Positions 1-8,154 of a stretch of 64,000 nt of DNA are shown here, piece by piece (the first letter of the stretch is position 1; every line of letters starts with the position of its first letter). The position numbers and the translations under genes are program-made. The stretch comes from an uncultured Poribacteria bacterium (GTDB lineage: Bacteria; Poribacteria; WGA-4E; WGA-3G), in contig OX639992.1 of NCBI GenBank assembly GCA_951828515.1, positions 1,706,561 through 1,770,560 on the forward strand. Reading direction: 5' to 3'. The notes beneath the pieces are model-generated. The model was not told the origin of the DNA and searched no databases. It saw nothing but the letters and a program-made list of their open reading frames with translations.

Positions 1-777
1 GGAATCGCCTATAACGAAAGCGGTGTCGCAACAGGCGCAATGGGTATCGATGCCGCAGATTATGATCGCACTGGCAAAGAGAGCCTCGTCATCGGCAATT
101 TTTCCAACGAAATGCTCAATCTCTATCACAACGAAGGCGACTTTTTTATCGACGATGCCCCTGTCGCGCATATCGGAAATGCAACCTTACTGACACTCAC
201 CTTCGCATGCTTCTTCTTCGACTTCGACCTCGACGGTAACCTCGACATCTTCACCGCTAACGGACACGTTGAAACCGACATCAACGCCATCCAGACCCAA
301 GTCACCTACGCGCAACCGCCGCATCTATTTCACAACGACTCCCAAGGCAAATTCACCGATGCGATTCATAAAGTCGGCGTGGATTTGGCAAAACCGATGG
401 TTGGAAGAGGTGGTGCATACGGAGATATCGACAACGACGGCGATTGGGATCTGCTCGTTACGACCTCCAACGGACCCGCACATCTCTTCCGAAACGACGG
501 CGGTAATCGTAACGCGTGGATTAAGATCCAACTCGTCGGGCAAACAAGCAACCGCGACGGCATCGGGGCACAGATCCGCATAACCTCCGCGTTGGGGACA
601 CAGACACACACAGTCAAGAGCGGCTCCAGTTACTGCTCACAGAGCGAACTCACTGCCATCTTTGGTATAAACGACGATCTTATTATCGAAACGATTGAGG
701 TAACCTGGCCCAGTGGTGCTGTTAGCACACGCAAAAATATCAAATCCAACCAACAAATTCGCATTGAGGAATTTTAA
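1..777 (+). CDS. FG-GAP/VCBS-repeat protein with C-terminal ASPIC/UnbV domain (CRTAC1-like); 5' end lies outside the window
   Basis: Frame 1 is open from nt 1 (GIAYNESGVATGA precedes the first Met at 40). FG-GAP-type Ca-binding motifs are present (FDFDLDGNLDIF, GDIDNDGDWDLLV). They are followed by NRDGIGAQIRI...GSSYCSQSE...VTWPSG, typical of ASPIC/UnbV. Confidence 0.8.
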   Translation, partial: GIAYNESGVATGAMGIDAADYDRTGKESLVIGNFSNEMLNLYHNEGDFFIDDAPVAHIGNATLLTLTFACFFFDFDLDGNLDIFTANGHVETDINAIQTQVTYAQPPHLFHNDSQGKFTDAIHKVGVDLAKPMVGRGGAYGDIDNDGDWDLLVTTSNGPAHLFRNDGGNRNAWIKIQLVGQTSNRDGIGAQIRITSALGTQTHTVKSGSSYCSQSELTAIFGINDDLIIETIEVTWPSGAVSTRKNIKSNQQIRIEEF

Positions 778-857
778 TTTTACTTTGCGGATGAATAACG
801 CGGATTAAGGCAGGGACAGTTACAAACCACACCGAGGCAACCCCAAAGAATTATGCT

Positions 858-882
858 GGCGAGGTTTCTAACCTCGCCTTTT
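858..882 (+). terminator. Rho-independent terminator candidate downstream of the ASPIC gene
   Basis: Perfect 7-bp stem GGCGAGG / CCTCGCC with loop TTTCTAA, followed by TTTT. The same 25-nt hairpin block recurs inside the MITE at 53206-53317. Confidence 0.55.
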
Positions 883-939
883 ACATCACAACAACTTATC
901 CCAGCCTTGCTTTAGTACCAAATCGTCAAAAACCACTCT

Positions 940-968
940 TTGACAATTTACCCTTTTTGTGGTATACT
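940..968 (+). promoter_or_regulatory. Sigma70-type promoter candidate (TTGACA-17-TATACT)
   Basis: TTGACA at 940-945, a 17-nt spacer, and TATACT at 963-968, about 155 nt upstream of the ImmA/IrrE start. Confidence 0.55.
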
Positions 969-1123
969 TTAACCCCATTTTGAGTAGGATATGTTAAGTA
1001 TATTTCGCCATTACCACAATTACCCGTTTGCGATTTCTCGGAGTTTAACACAGCGCAATTTGAAAACATCTCAATTGATGATTTTGCGACGAACTGGTTA
1101 ACCGGTTCGTGGGGATACACATC

Positions 1124-2290
1124 ATGGCTAAATCTGTAAAAGCACTCATTACGCCGGAAGTTCTCAAGTGGGCGCGTGAAGAATACATCGACTTAGAGAT
1201 CGACTACACGGCAAAAAAATTAAAAATTGATCCGGAACGCCTTGAAGCATGGGAAAACGGGACAGAGCAACCCACTATCCCCCAATTAAACAAGATTGCG
1301 AAACTCTATAGAATTCACATTTCCATTTTCTATTTGCCAGTACCTCCCACTAGTTTTCAGCGACCGGCAGACTATCGTGTCTTACCTAAACGGACTGTAA
1401 CTGATGAGGAACAGATCTATAGATTAAATGCCAACATCGTTGAAGCATTTAAAAGGCGAGAGACGCTCATCGAATTATACGAATTGTTGGAGGAATCGCC
1501 ACCTGAGGTTGATCTGAATTTCAATAGACGCGCAAGTCGGAAGCGAGCAGCGAAAAAAATAATAGAATTTCTTGAGGTTAACAGAGAGCAACTACAGGAA
1601 ACGAATACCCCACACGTCGCTTTGAAATTTTGGAAACGGATTGTTGAAGCGAAAGGTATTCTTGTCTGCCAGACGAACACACACCTGTCCGTTAATCTAG
1701 GAACAGTACGCGGGTTCTGCATTGCACAAAGACCATTTCCAGTAATTGTAATAAATTCAAAGGACAGCCCTTACGGTCGCATCTTTACCCTCATCCACGA
1801 ATTGGTTCATATTGCACTTGGAGAAAGTGTCATTCAGAATACAGGATTTAGAGAAATAGATCACTCGGATCTGAATCCAATTGAAGCATTTTGCAATCAT
1901 GTAGCCGGTGAAGTCTTAGTTCCGGAAGATGAATTACTAGAAATTATAAAGCTGCAGACCCCTGAAGAAAATCTATCTAAAATCTCCAAACACTTTCATG
2001 TGAGTTCTGAAGTCATTCTGCGACGGCTATTGATACTCAAAAAAATCTCGCTACGAAAATACCAAACTTATAGAAATAATCAGCAGAAGAAGTATAAAGA
2101 CGCGCCACAACAACCAAGTGGAGCACCACCTTATCACAATCGGCTTCTTAATGTCTCTGGCGAGTATTTCGCGAGGACAGCTTTTACGGCTTATTATGAG
2201 GATAAAATCACAATCTCTGAGTTAGCCTCCGCCTTTTCTAATTGCGATACAAAATATCTCTCTAAAATTGAGAGTACCATCTTTGCATGA
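1124..2290 (+). CDS. XRE-HTH / ImmA-IrrE family zinc metallopeptidase fusion
   Basis: N-terminal XRE-like HTH (TIPQLNKIAKLYRIHISIFY) and a C-terminal HEXXH motif (FTLIHELVHIALGE) as in COG2856 ImmA/IrrE. The ATG at 1124 is in frame with the tracked ORF start at 1109. Confidence 0.8.
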   Translation: MAKSVKALITPEVLKWAREEYIDLEIDYTAKKLKIDPERLEAWENGTEQPTIPQLNKIAKLYRIHISIFYLPVPPTSFQRPADYRVLPKRTVTDEEQIYRLNANIVEAFKRRETLIELYELLEESPPEVDLNFNRRASRKRAAKKIIEFLEVNREQLQETNTPHVALKFWKRIVEAKGILVCQTNTHLSVNLGTVRGFCIAQRPFPVIVINSKDSPYGRIFTLIHELVHIALGESVIQNTGFREIDHSDLNPIEAFCNHVAGEVLVPEDELLEIIKLQTPEENLSKISKHFHVSSEVILRRLLILKKISLRKYQTYRNNQQKKYKDAPQQPSGAPPYHNRLLNVSGEYFARTAFTAYYEDKITISELASAFSNCDTKYLSKIESTIFA

Positions 2291-2499
2291 ATTTATTTAA
2301 TCAAAATCAGATAGTTTATAGTCTGGATACAAGCTCGCTAATTGAGGCTTATCGCTTCCTATACCCAGTTGTAGTAACAGAAGAAAAATCGACCGGAAAT
2401 CTACAACATCCAAGAATCCGTGATGTATGTAAAGTTTCTAATATTGAATGTGTTAGGATATCCGGTATTGTAAAAAGGGAAAATTGGATCTTTGAGTAG
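2287..2499 (+). CDS. DUF4411-like (PIN-like) protein, apparently internally deleted (70 codons)
   Basis: ATGA start/stop overlap with the ImmA/IrrE gene. The N-end (YSLDTSSLIEAYRFLYP) and C-end (VVTEE...IRDVCKVSNIECVRISGIVKRENWIF) resemble the two ends of DUF4411 proteins that usually follow ImmA/IrrE genes. The middle portion is missing. Confidence 0.5.
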   Translation: MNLFNQNQIVYSLDTSSLIEAYRFLYPVVVTEEKSTGNLQHPRIRDVCKVSNIECVRISGIVKRENWIFE

Positions 2500-2581
2500 A
2501 CAAGGATCAATATCGCGCTCGACCTGAAACTAAAAGACTGCTATACTGCTGAGAAAATCACGGAGACGGAGTTCCAAGTAC

Positions 2582-4090
2582 GTGAATTCGCCCAAACGCC
2601 TAAACCAAGACGCACTCTATCAAGCACTCAACATCTATCGCGACGCCATGCGTCCTTTTATTCTCAGAAACCTGAAAACGGTGCAAGGTTTAGCCCCAGA
2701 AGATCGTTTCCAAAACGCAGCAGATATAGATATTGGCAATTTTCCATACCTTTTCAGAGAATATTGGCACGATGTTTTTAAACACTGCTTTGATCCCGAT
2801 CGGGATGTTCGCAGTGCCGTAGGTATTATAACGGAAGCACGAAATCAGGTTTCGCACCCTGGAACAGAAGACATCGATCCGAGTTACGCCCTTTCACGGC
2901 TTCACGACATTGCAGATGTGCTTGGACAAATCAATGCCCCCGACCAGAAGCGAGAAGTTGAATCCATCCGCGACAAATTACTCACCCGCGCGGCACCAAC
3001 TGTAGACACGAAACCAAAACTACCGCGTAGAAAGGCATCTGACCTCAAGTCATGGCGTGATGTTATACGCCCCAATACCGATGTCATTGAAGGCTCCTTC
3101 CGAAAATCGGAATTCGCTGCCGATCTTCAAGAAGTTTTTGAAGGAAACGCGAAAACGCCAGAATACGGCGAAACCGGCATCTTTTTTAACCAGACATACA
3201 TCACGCCAGGGCTCAAGGAACTCTTAATAAATACTTTGAAACGTCTCGGCAGCAAAGGCGGCAATCCGGTTATCCAACTCAAAACCGGTTTCGGGGGCGG
3301 AAAAACCCATAGTCTCATCGCGCTTTACCACCTCGTTAAAGGGATTAATACCCTGAGAGAACTCCCAGCAGAGAATGAGTATGCCCGGCTGCGGGAAGAA
3401 ATCGACGAAATCATGGACGAAGCAGAGTGGAACCCGGACACACCGCTTAATGCCAATGTATCTGTCCTGGTCGGCACCTACCTTTCCACCACTGATGCAG
3501 ATGAAACCAAACAGGGAGATCCGCTCAACACCCTTTGGGGCATGATGGCTGATCAACTCGGTGGGCAAGATGGGTATAATATCGTAAGAAAAGCCGCACG
3601 CGAAGGCACCGCCCCCGGCGGAAGCCAATTGGACGCGCTTTTTGAACACGTCGGGCCCTCCGTGATTTTGATAGATGAACTTGTCGCGTATGTCCGTAAT
3701 GTTCAAGGTGTCACAAGAGAGAGCATCTACACTTTCTTTCAAGCCGTTACAGAGTCCGTTAACAGGTCTCAGAACGTTACGCTCGTCGCAACGCTACCCG
3801 AAGGACAAGTGCACGCAGGTGGAGAAGGTGGAATGACAGCTCTTGATACACTTGAGGCTATCCTCGAAAGGGTGGACGCTGTTTCAATTCCCTTGGAAGT
3901 TGATAACGCCTTTGAGGTTGTGCGGAGACGATTGTTCAGTAATGAAATTGACGAAATAGAACGAGATCTGACCTGTGAAGCCTTCAGAAAGATGTACCAG
4001 AACTCACGCAACGAATATCCCGAGGGAGTCAACGATCAACGCTACCTACAGCGCATGAAAGACTGCTACCCGATACCCGGAGGTATTTGA
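2582..4090 (+). CDS. Swt1-like HEPN + DUF499 P-loop ATPase, N-terminal part (frame broken near 4076)
   Basis: HEPN R-N-x3-H motif (EARNQVSHPG), Walker A (TGFGGGKTHS) and Walker B (SVILIDELVAY). The ORF ends ...KDCYPIPGGI* while the protein continues in another frame. Confidence 0.75.
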   Translation: MNSPKRLNQDALYQALNIYRDAMRPFILRNLKTVQGLAPEDRFQNAADIDIGNFPYLFREYWHDVFKHCFDPDRDVRSAVGIITEARNQVSHPGTEDIDPSYALSRLHDIADVLGQINAPDQKREVESIRDKLLTRAAPTVDTKPKLPRRKASDLKSWRDVIRPNTDVIEGSFRKSEFAADLQEVFEGNAKTPEYGETGIFFNQTYITPGLKELLINTLKRLGSKGGNPVIQLKTGFGGGKTHSLIALYHLVKGINTLRELPAENEYARLREEIDEIMDEAEWNPDTPLNANVSVLVGTYLSTTDADETKQGDPLNTLWGMMADQLGGQDGYNIVRKAAREGTAPGGSQLDALFEHVGPSVILIDELVAYVRNVQGVTRESIYTFFQAVTESVNRSQNVTLVATLPEGQVHAGGEGGMTALDTLEAILERVDAVSIPLEVDNAFEVVRRRLFSNEIDEIERDLTCEAFRKMYQNSRNEYPEGVNDQRYLQRMKDCYPIPGGI

Positions 4091-4142
4091 CCGGCTCTCC
4101 CAAGATTGGGCGGTAATTCCGGGATTTCAACGCACCCGCGGT

Positions 4143-5861
4143 GTGCTACGGATGATGGCAACCTGTATCTCACGCCTCTACCAAGAACAGGATCCTTCTC
4201 TGTTGATAATGCCAGCGAACCTTACACTTGCCGATCCCGCACTCGCCGATGAATTTACAAGGCTACTCGCAAGGTCCGGTGGGAATTGGGATCCCGTCGT
4301 TCAAGAGATAGACAGCCACGGCTCCCGCACTGAACAGATCGATAGGAGCTCTCAAGGCTTCATTGAAGTAGGCAATGCGGCACGCCGAATCGCACGGACT
4401 ATTTTTCTTGGTAGTGCCACGGGGGGCGCGGTCAAAGGCATCACGAATCGGCAAATTCATCTCGGGGTTGTCGAACCCGGACAAGGGGTCGCCGTTTACA
4501 ATGACGCTCTTAACAGAATGACCGGCGACCTCTATTTCCTCTATAATCTTAACGATAGATATTACTTCCACACCCAGGAGAACCTCAACAAGGTCGCTAT
4601 CGATCGCGCTGCGGAATATACCGAGGAAGATATCCACGCTGAGATCGTCTCACGATTGGAAAGAGCCATCGGACGCGATCCGAGCGTGCAGGTTTGCCCA
4701 ACCTCGCCAAGTGCCGTCAAGGATTCTGAGACGATTCAATACGTTATCCTCCATCCGCAGGCATCCCTACCGAGCCGCGAAAAGGAGATGGATATAGCAA
4801 GTGATACAGCACGCAAAATTCTTACATACAGCGCCGATGACGAAAGGCAGCGCACCTTCAGGAATACACTTCTCTTCATCGCAGCACGGCAAGACAATAT
4901 CCGGGAACTCAGAAATTTCGTCAAAAACTATCTCGCTTGGAACTCCATCATGAACGGAGATATCCTCCACGGCGCGCTCACGAACCTCGAAGGCGCGAGG
5001 TTAGATCAGACGACGGAAAACCTCGAATCCGCTGAAGATGCCGTAACAACCGCGATCTTCAAGGCATACCGATGGACACTTACACCGACCCAAGCAGATC
5101 CTCAAACAAACGCCTACGACTTCTCTATCGCCGACACAAAAGTTGATGATCGCAGAATCATCAGTCGGCTTCGCGACAAATTCATTGAAGACGACGCAAT
5201 CGTCACAAAAATAGCCCCTGAAATCTTCGCCGCACAATTGCAGCAATACATCTGGAGCAGCGATGCCTACCAAGAACACATCGGCTTAGATACGCTCACG
5301 GAACTCATGGCACAAAACGTCTATATGCCACGGCTGCGAGACCGAAGTGTTTTAGCAATGTGCATCAGAGACGGCGTGCAGGCAGGCACTTTCGGATACG
5401 CCAGTGCTTACGAAGATAGCGACTACCGCAACTTCCGCTTTGAAGAACAGATCGGCGGGCTCCGAGTGGTTGAAGGTAGTGCTGCCGTCCTCATAAACCC
5501 TGAGATGGCAAAACTCCTCAAGGAGGAAAAAGAAAAACAACAGAAATCGGACCCTCCCGAATCAGCACCAGACCCAGAAAAGCAAACAGGAGACGACTCA
5601 ACCCCCGTTGTGGTCGAACCGCCACAAGCACAGGGACCTACCCATGTCGTTGTTACCAAAGCCTTGCAGTTAGAATTGCCTTTCATGGAGGAAATAGAAA
5701 CCTTACAGGACGAAATCGCTCGCACCCTCCAAGCCGATGGTGGAAACGTGAAAATCGAAATCACCGTTACTGCCAACAAATCAGACGGTTTTTCCGAAAA
5801 CACCACCCGTGCCGTCAAGCAAAACAGCGAACATCTCAACGCCGAATTCAAGAGCGATTAA
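4143..5861 (+). CDS. DUF499 ATPase, C-terminal part (same gene as 2582-4090 after a frameshift)
   Basis: Frame 3 reads PEVFDRLSQDWAVIPGFQRTRGVLRMMA from nt 4077, directly abutting ...KDCYPI of the upstream ORF. 4143 is only the first start codon in that frame. The tail is long and acidic/proline-rich. Confidence 0.7.
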   Translation: MLRMMATCISRLYQEQDPSLLIMPANLTLADPALADEFTRLLARSGGNWDPVVQEIDSHGSRTEQIDRSSQGFIEVGNAARRIARTIFLGSATGGAVKGITNRQIHLGVVEPGQGVAVYNDALNRMTGDLYFLYNLNDRYYFHTQENLNKVAIDRAAEYTEEDIHAEIVSRLERAIGRDPSVQVCPTSPSAVKDSETIQYVILHPQASLPSREKEMDIASDTARKILTYSADDERQRTFRNTLLFIAARQDNIRELRNFVKNYLAWNSIMNGDILHGALTNLEGARLDQTTENLESAEDAVTTAIFKAYRWTLTPTQADPQTNAYDFSIADTKVDDRRIISRLRDKFIEDDAIVTKIAPEIFAAQLQQYIWSSDAYQEHIGLDTLTELMAQNVYMPRLRDRSVLAMCIRDGVQAGTFGYASAYEDSDYRNFRFEEQIGGLRVVEGSAAVLINPEMAKLLKEEKEKQQKSDPPESAPDPEKQTGDDSTPVVVEPPQAQGPTHVVVTKALQLELPFMEEIETLQDEIARTLQADGGNVKIEITVTANKSDGFSENTTRAVKQNSEHLNAEFKSD

Positions 5862-5906
5862 CCTCTTTGTAGCATAGACTGTCAGTCTGTGCCATTTCAA
5901 ATCTGT

Positions 5907-5936
5907 TTGACATTTTCCATCGCTTTACGATATAAT
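5907..5936 (+). promoter_or_regulatory. Sigma70-type promoter candidate (TTGACA-18-TATAAT)
   Basis: TTGACA at 5907-5912, an 18-nt spacer, and TATAAT at 5931-5936, 28 nt upstream of the ORF at 5964. Confidence 0.55.
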
Positions 5937-5963
5937 ACAACCATGGCATAAGACTACGACAAT

Positions 5964-6497
5964 ATGGGAAAAAGTTTATGGACAGACCACGCCGAAGACC
6001 TTTCGAGGTTTGTACTTGGTGAGGAAAATGTTGAAGTCCTTGAAGACCTCGACACCGAGCAACAGACCGTTATTGCTCGGCAGACCGACATCACAAAACG
6101 CATCCGCGTCAACAATCAACAGGCAATCCTACACGTCGAATTGCAACTCCGCGATAGCATTCTCACACCGATGTGGGCACGAAATGCGCAATATCAAGGA
6201 TACCTCGTCGGCGAATATCAGATACCTGTCTATTCCAACGTCATCTATTTCCATCCAAATGCGGGTAGGAATGATCCCGGGGGTTACACCTACACGTGGA
6301 ATGGCTACGAACACACCAATCGCTATAAGGTCATACGGCTCATTGAAATAGAAGGACAGTCGATTTTAGAGAGGCAGGCACCGGGTCTGCTTCCGTATCA
6401 ACCACATTTCGGTAGTGCTCAAGGCGAAATTTCCAACAGATATTGTGAACGCCTTAACGCCCATCATTCAAAACATCAACGATGTGCAACGACTTGA
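5964..6497 (+). CDS. Rpn-family (transposase_31-like) PD-(D/E)xK putative nuclease, frameshifted near 6400
   Basis: The layout resembles Rpn/'recombination-promoting nuclease' proteins (AILHVELQLRDS core, MWARNAQYQGYL, VIYF). A plausible C-terminal tail (VLKAKFPTDIVNALTPIIQNINDVQRLEELHMAAARVQNIESFAQMLSE*) is readable in frame 1 to nt 6564. Confidence 0.5.
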   Translation: MGKSLWTDHAEDLSRFVLGEENVEVLEDLDTEQQTVIARQTDITKRIRVNNQQAILHVELQLRDSILTPMWARNAQYQGYLVGEYQIPVYSNVIYFHPNAGRNDPGGYTYTWNGYEHTNRYKVIRLIEIEGQSILERQAPGLLPYQPHFGSAQGEISNRYCERLNAHHSKHQRCATT

Positions 6498-6622
6498 AGA
6501 GTTGCACATGGCTGCTGCACGGGTGCAAAATATTGAGTCCTTCGCGCAAATGTTGAGCGAATAGCAACGCACTATAGGGGTAGAGACAGTTCCGCCTCTA
6601 CTGAAAAAAGGAGGAAACTGCG

Positions 6623-6880
6623 ATGGAGTTGACCATCAAACTAACAACCGAACAAATTATTGATTTTATCCAACAACTGCCAGGGGAAGAGAAGTTAACG
6701 GTGGTCCGCGCCCTCGCGAAAGAATCTCTGCCTCGCCGCGCCGAACGGATGAAGTATCTTGAATCAAAGGTTCGAGAGGTATGCACCGAACGCGGGTTGG
6801 ATTGGGATACTATGACAGATGAAGAACGCCAGGATTTCATCAATGATGTTGTCCATGAGGACCGTGAATGCGGCCAATAG
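6623..6880 (+). CDS. Putative antitoxin of a PIN-type toxin-antitoxin pair
   Basis: An 85-aa ORF preceded by GGAGGA. It overlaps the downstream PIN gene by 13 nt and has a charged C-terminal half. Confidence 0.6.
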   Translation: MELTIKLTTEQIIDFIQQLPGEEKLTVVRALAKESLPRRAERMKYLESKVREVCTERGLDWDTMTDEERQDFINDVVHEDRECGQ

Positions 6881-7275
6881 TTGTTTACGATACAAATGTT
6901 CTCATATCAGGTATGATTTGGGGAGGAACTCCTTACGACTGCATCGCACTTGCGCAAGAAAATAAAGTTAAAGGGGTAACTTGCTCTGAAATACTGGATG
7001 AATTCTCGGAGAAGTTAACGAATAAGTTTAACGCTTCTCCCTCAAGAACCGCGGAAATAGTAGCTGAACTCCTCAATTTTCACCAAGTAGTCAAAATTAC
7101 CAACCACCTTAAGAATGTTACCGCCGATCCGGATGACGATAAGATAATAGAATGTGCCGTTATCGGAGGAGCCACCCACATTGTTACTGGGGACAAAAAG
7201 CATCTCCTACCCCTTCGGAGTTATCAAGGTATTCTTATCGTAAAAGCCGCGGATCTGCTTGCGCAATTCCAATGA
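6868..7275 (+). CDS. PIN-domain toxin (TIGR00305/COG1569-like)
   Basis: VVYDTNVLISG at the N-terminus, DPDDDKIIECA, and HIVTGDKKHLL near the C-terminus. These are the acidic residues characteristic of the PIN family. Confidence 0.8.
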   Translation: MRPIVVYDTNVLISGMIWGGTPYDCIALAQENKVKGVTCSEILDEFSEKLTNKFNASPSRTAEIVAELLNFHQVVKITNHLKNVTADPDDDKIIECAVIGGATHIVTGDKKHLLPLRSYQGILIVKAADLLAQFQ

Positions 7276-7293
7276 AAATCAATTAAAAAACCT

Positions 7294-7563
7294 ATGCCCA
7301 CTTACCGAAAAAAACTCATTGAGGTCAACATACCCCTCCAAGCCATTAACATAGAATCGGCAAAAGACGCTTCACTCACACATGGACACCCCTCAACCCT
7401 ACACCGCTATTGGGCACGCCGTCCGCTCGCCGCATGCCGCGCTGTCATCTTCGCCAGTATGGTAGACGACCCCTCCGAATGCCAAGACGAATTCCCGACT
7501 GAACCCGAACAGAACGCCGAACGCATTCGACTCCACAACCTCATGAAACGACTCGTGATATAG
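7294..7563 (+). pseudogene. DUF1156 DNA methyltransferase, N-terminal 89-codon stub only
   Basis: KKLIEVNIPL..IN.ES...ASLTHGHPSTLHRYWARRPLAACRAVIFASMVDDP is the characteristic DUF1156 N-terminus. The ORF stops after ...MKRLVI and about 590 nt of non-coding DNA follow. Family members are normally many hundreds of residues longer. Confidence 0.7.
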
Positions 7564-8044
7564 CAAATTTCATAGCAACCTTCATAGTGCCCTTTGATGA
7601 AAACCGTCTAAAACCCAATAGGCGTCAGGGGTTATCACCATTCACGACACCTATTGACTTTTCGGCTTTGCTATGGAAACTGTGAAAGTATCGTCAGATT
7701 TGTGAAACTGTTCAAACGATTCATCTTCGCGTCAAATAAAATTTCAGAGTAACTCCCCAAAAACCTTCTGCAAGAACCCGAGAAAACCCAGTCAAAACGC
7801 GGGTTTATAGCATTCGCTTGGCATATCAATTTTTCATATTTACTCTGAATACTCTGAAATTATGGTGAAATATAGAAATACGTTGGGATGTAATCCTGCA
7901 AATCCTGATTCAGATAACCGATAACTGATTCCTGAATACCTCCGTCCATCCGACAAAAAACTTGACGGTAGAACCGAAATAGGTTAACATTACCACATCA
8001 CTATCAGAGTGAGTGCGAGACTTTCTAAAGGTAGAATTAAAAAA

Positions 8045-8091
8045 CGTAGCTCGTAACGGAGTGGAGGGGTTTTTGCTTGGGTATTTCTTCA
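8045..8091 (+). repeat. Dispersed ~47-nt intergenic block (copy A); core TTTTGCTTGGGTRTTTC
   Basis: CGTAGCTCGTAACGGAGTGGAGGGGTTTTTGCTTGGGTATTTCTTCA matches 49294-49340 with about 5 mismatches. The core also occurs at 20568-20585, 30913-30935, 63857-63880 and, reversed, at 44795-44815. Confidence 0.8.
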
Positions 8092-8154
8092 GATTTAAGG
8101 GACGCATCCGATAGTTCTTACGCACGCTATTTAACCGCAAGGAAAAATTAAAAT

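Noticed and set aside
4088-4090. TGA ending the first DUF499 ORF as a possible second selenocysteine or read-through site
   Set aside because: The protein continues in a different frame (from 4077), not in-frame past the TGA. The pattern is a 2-nt deletion, not recoding.
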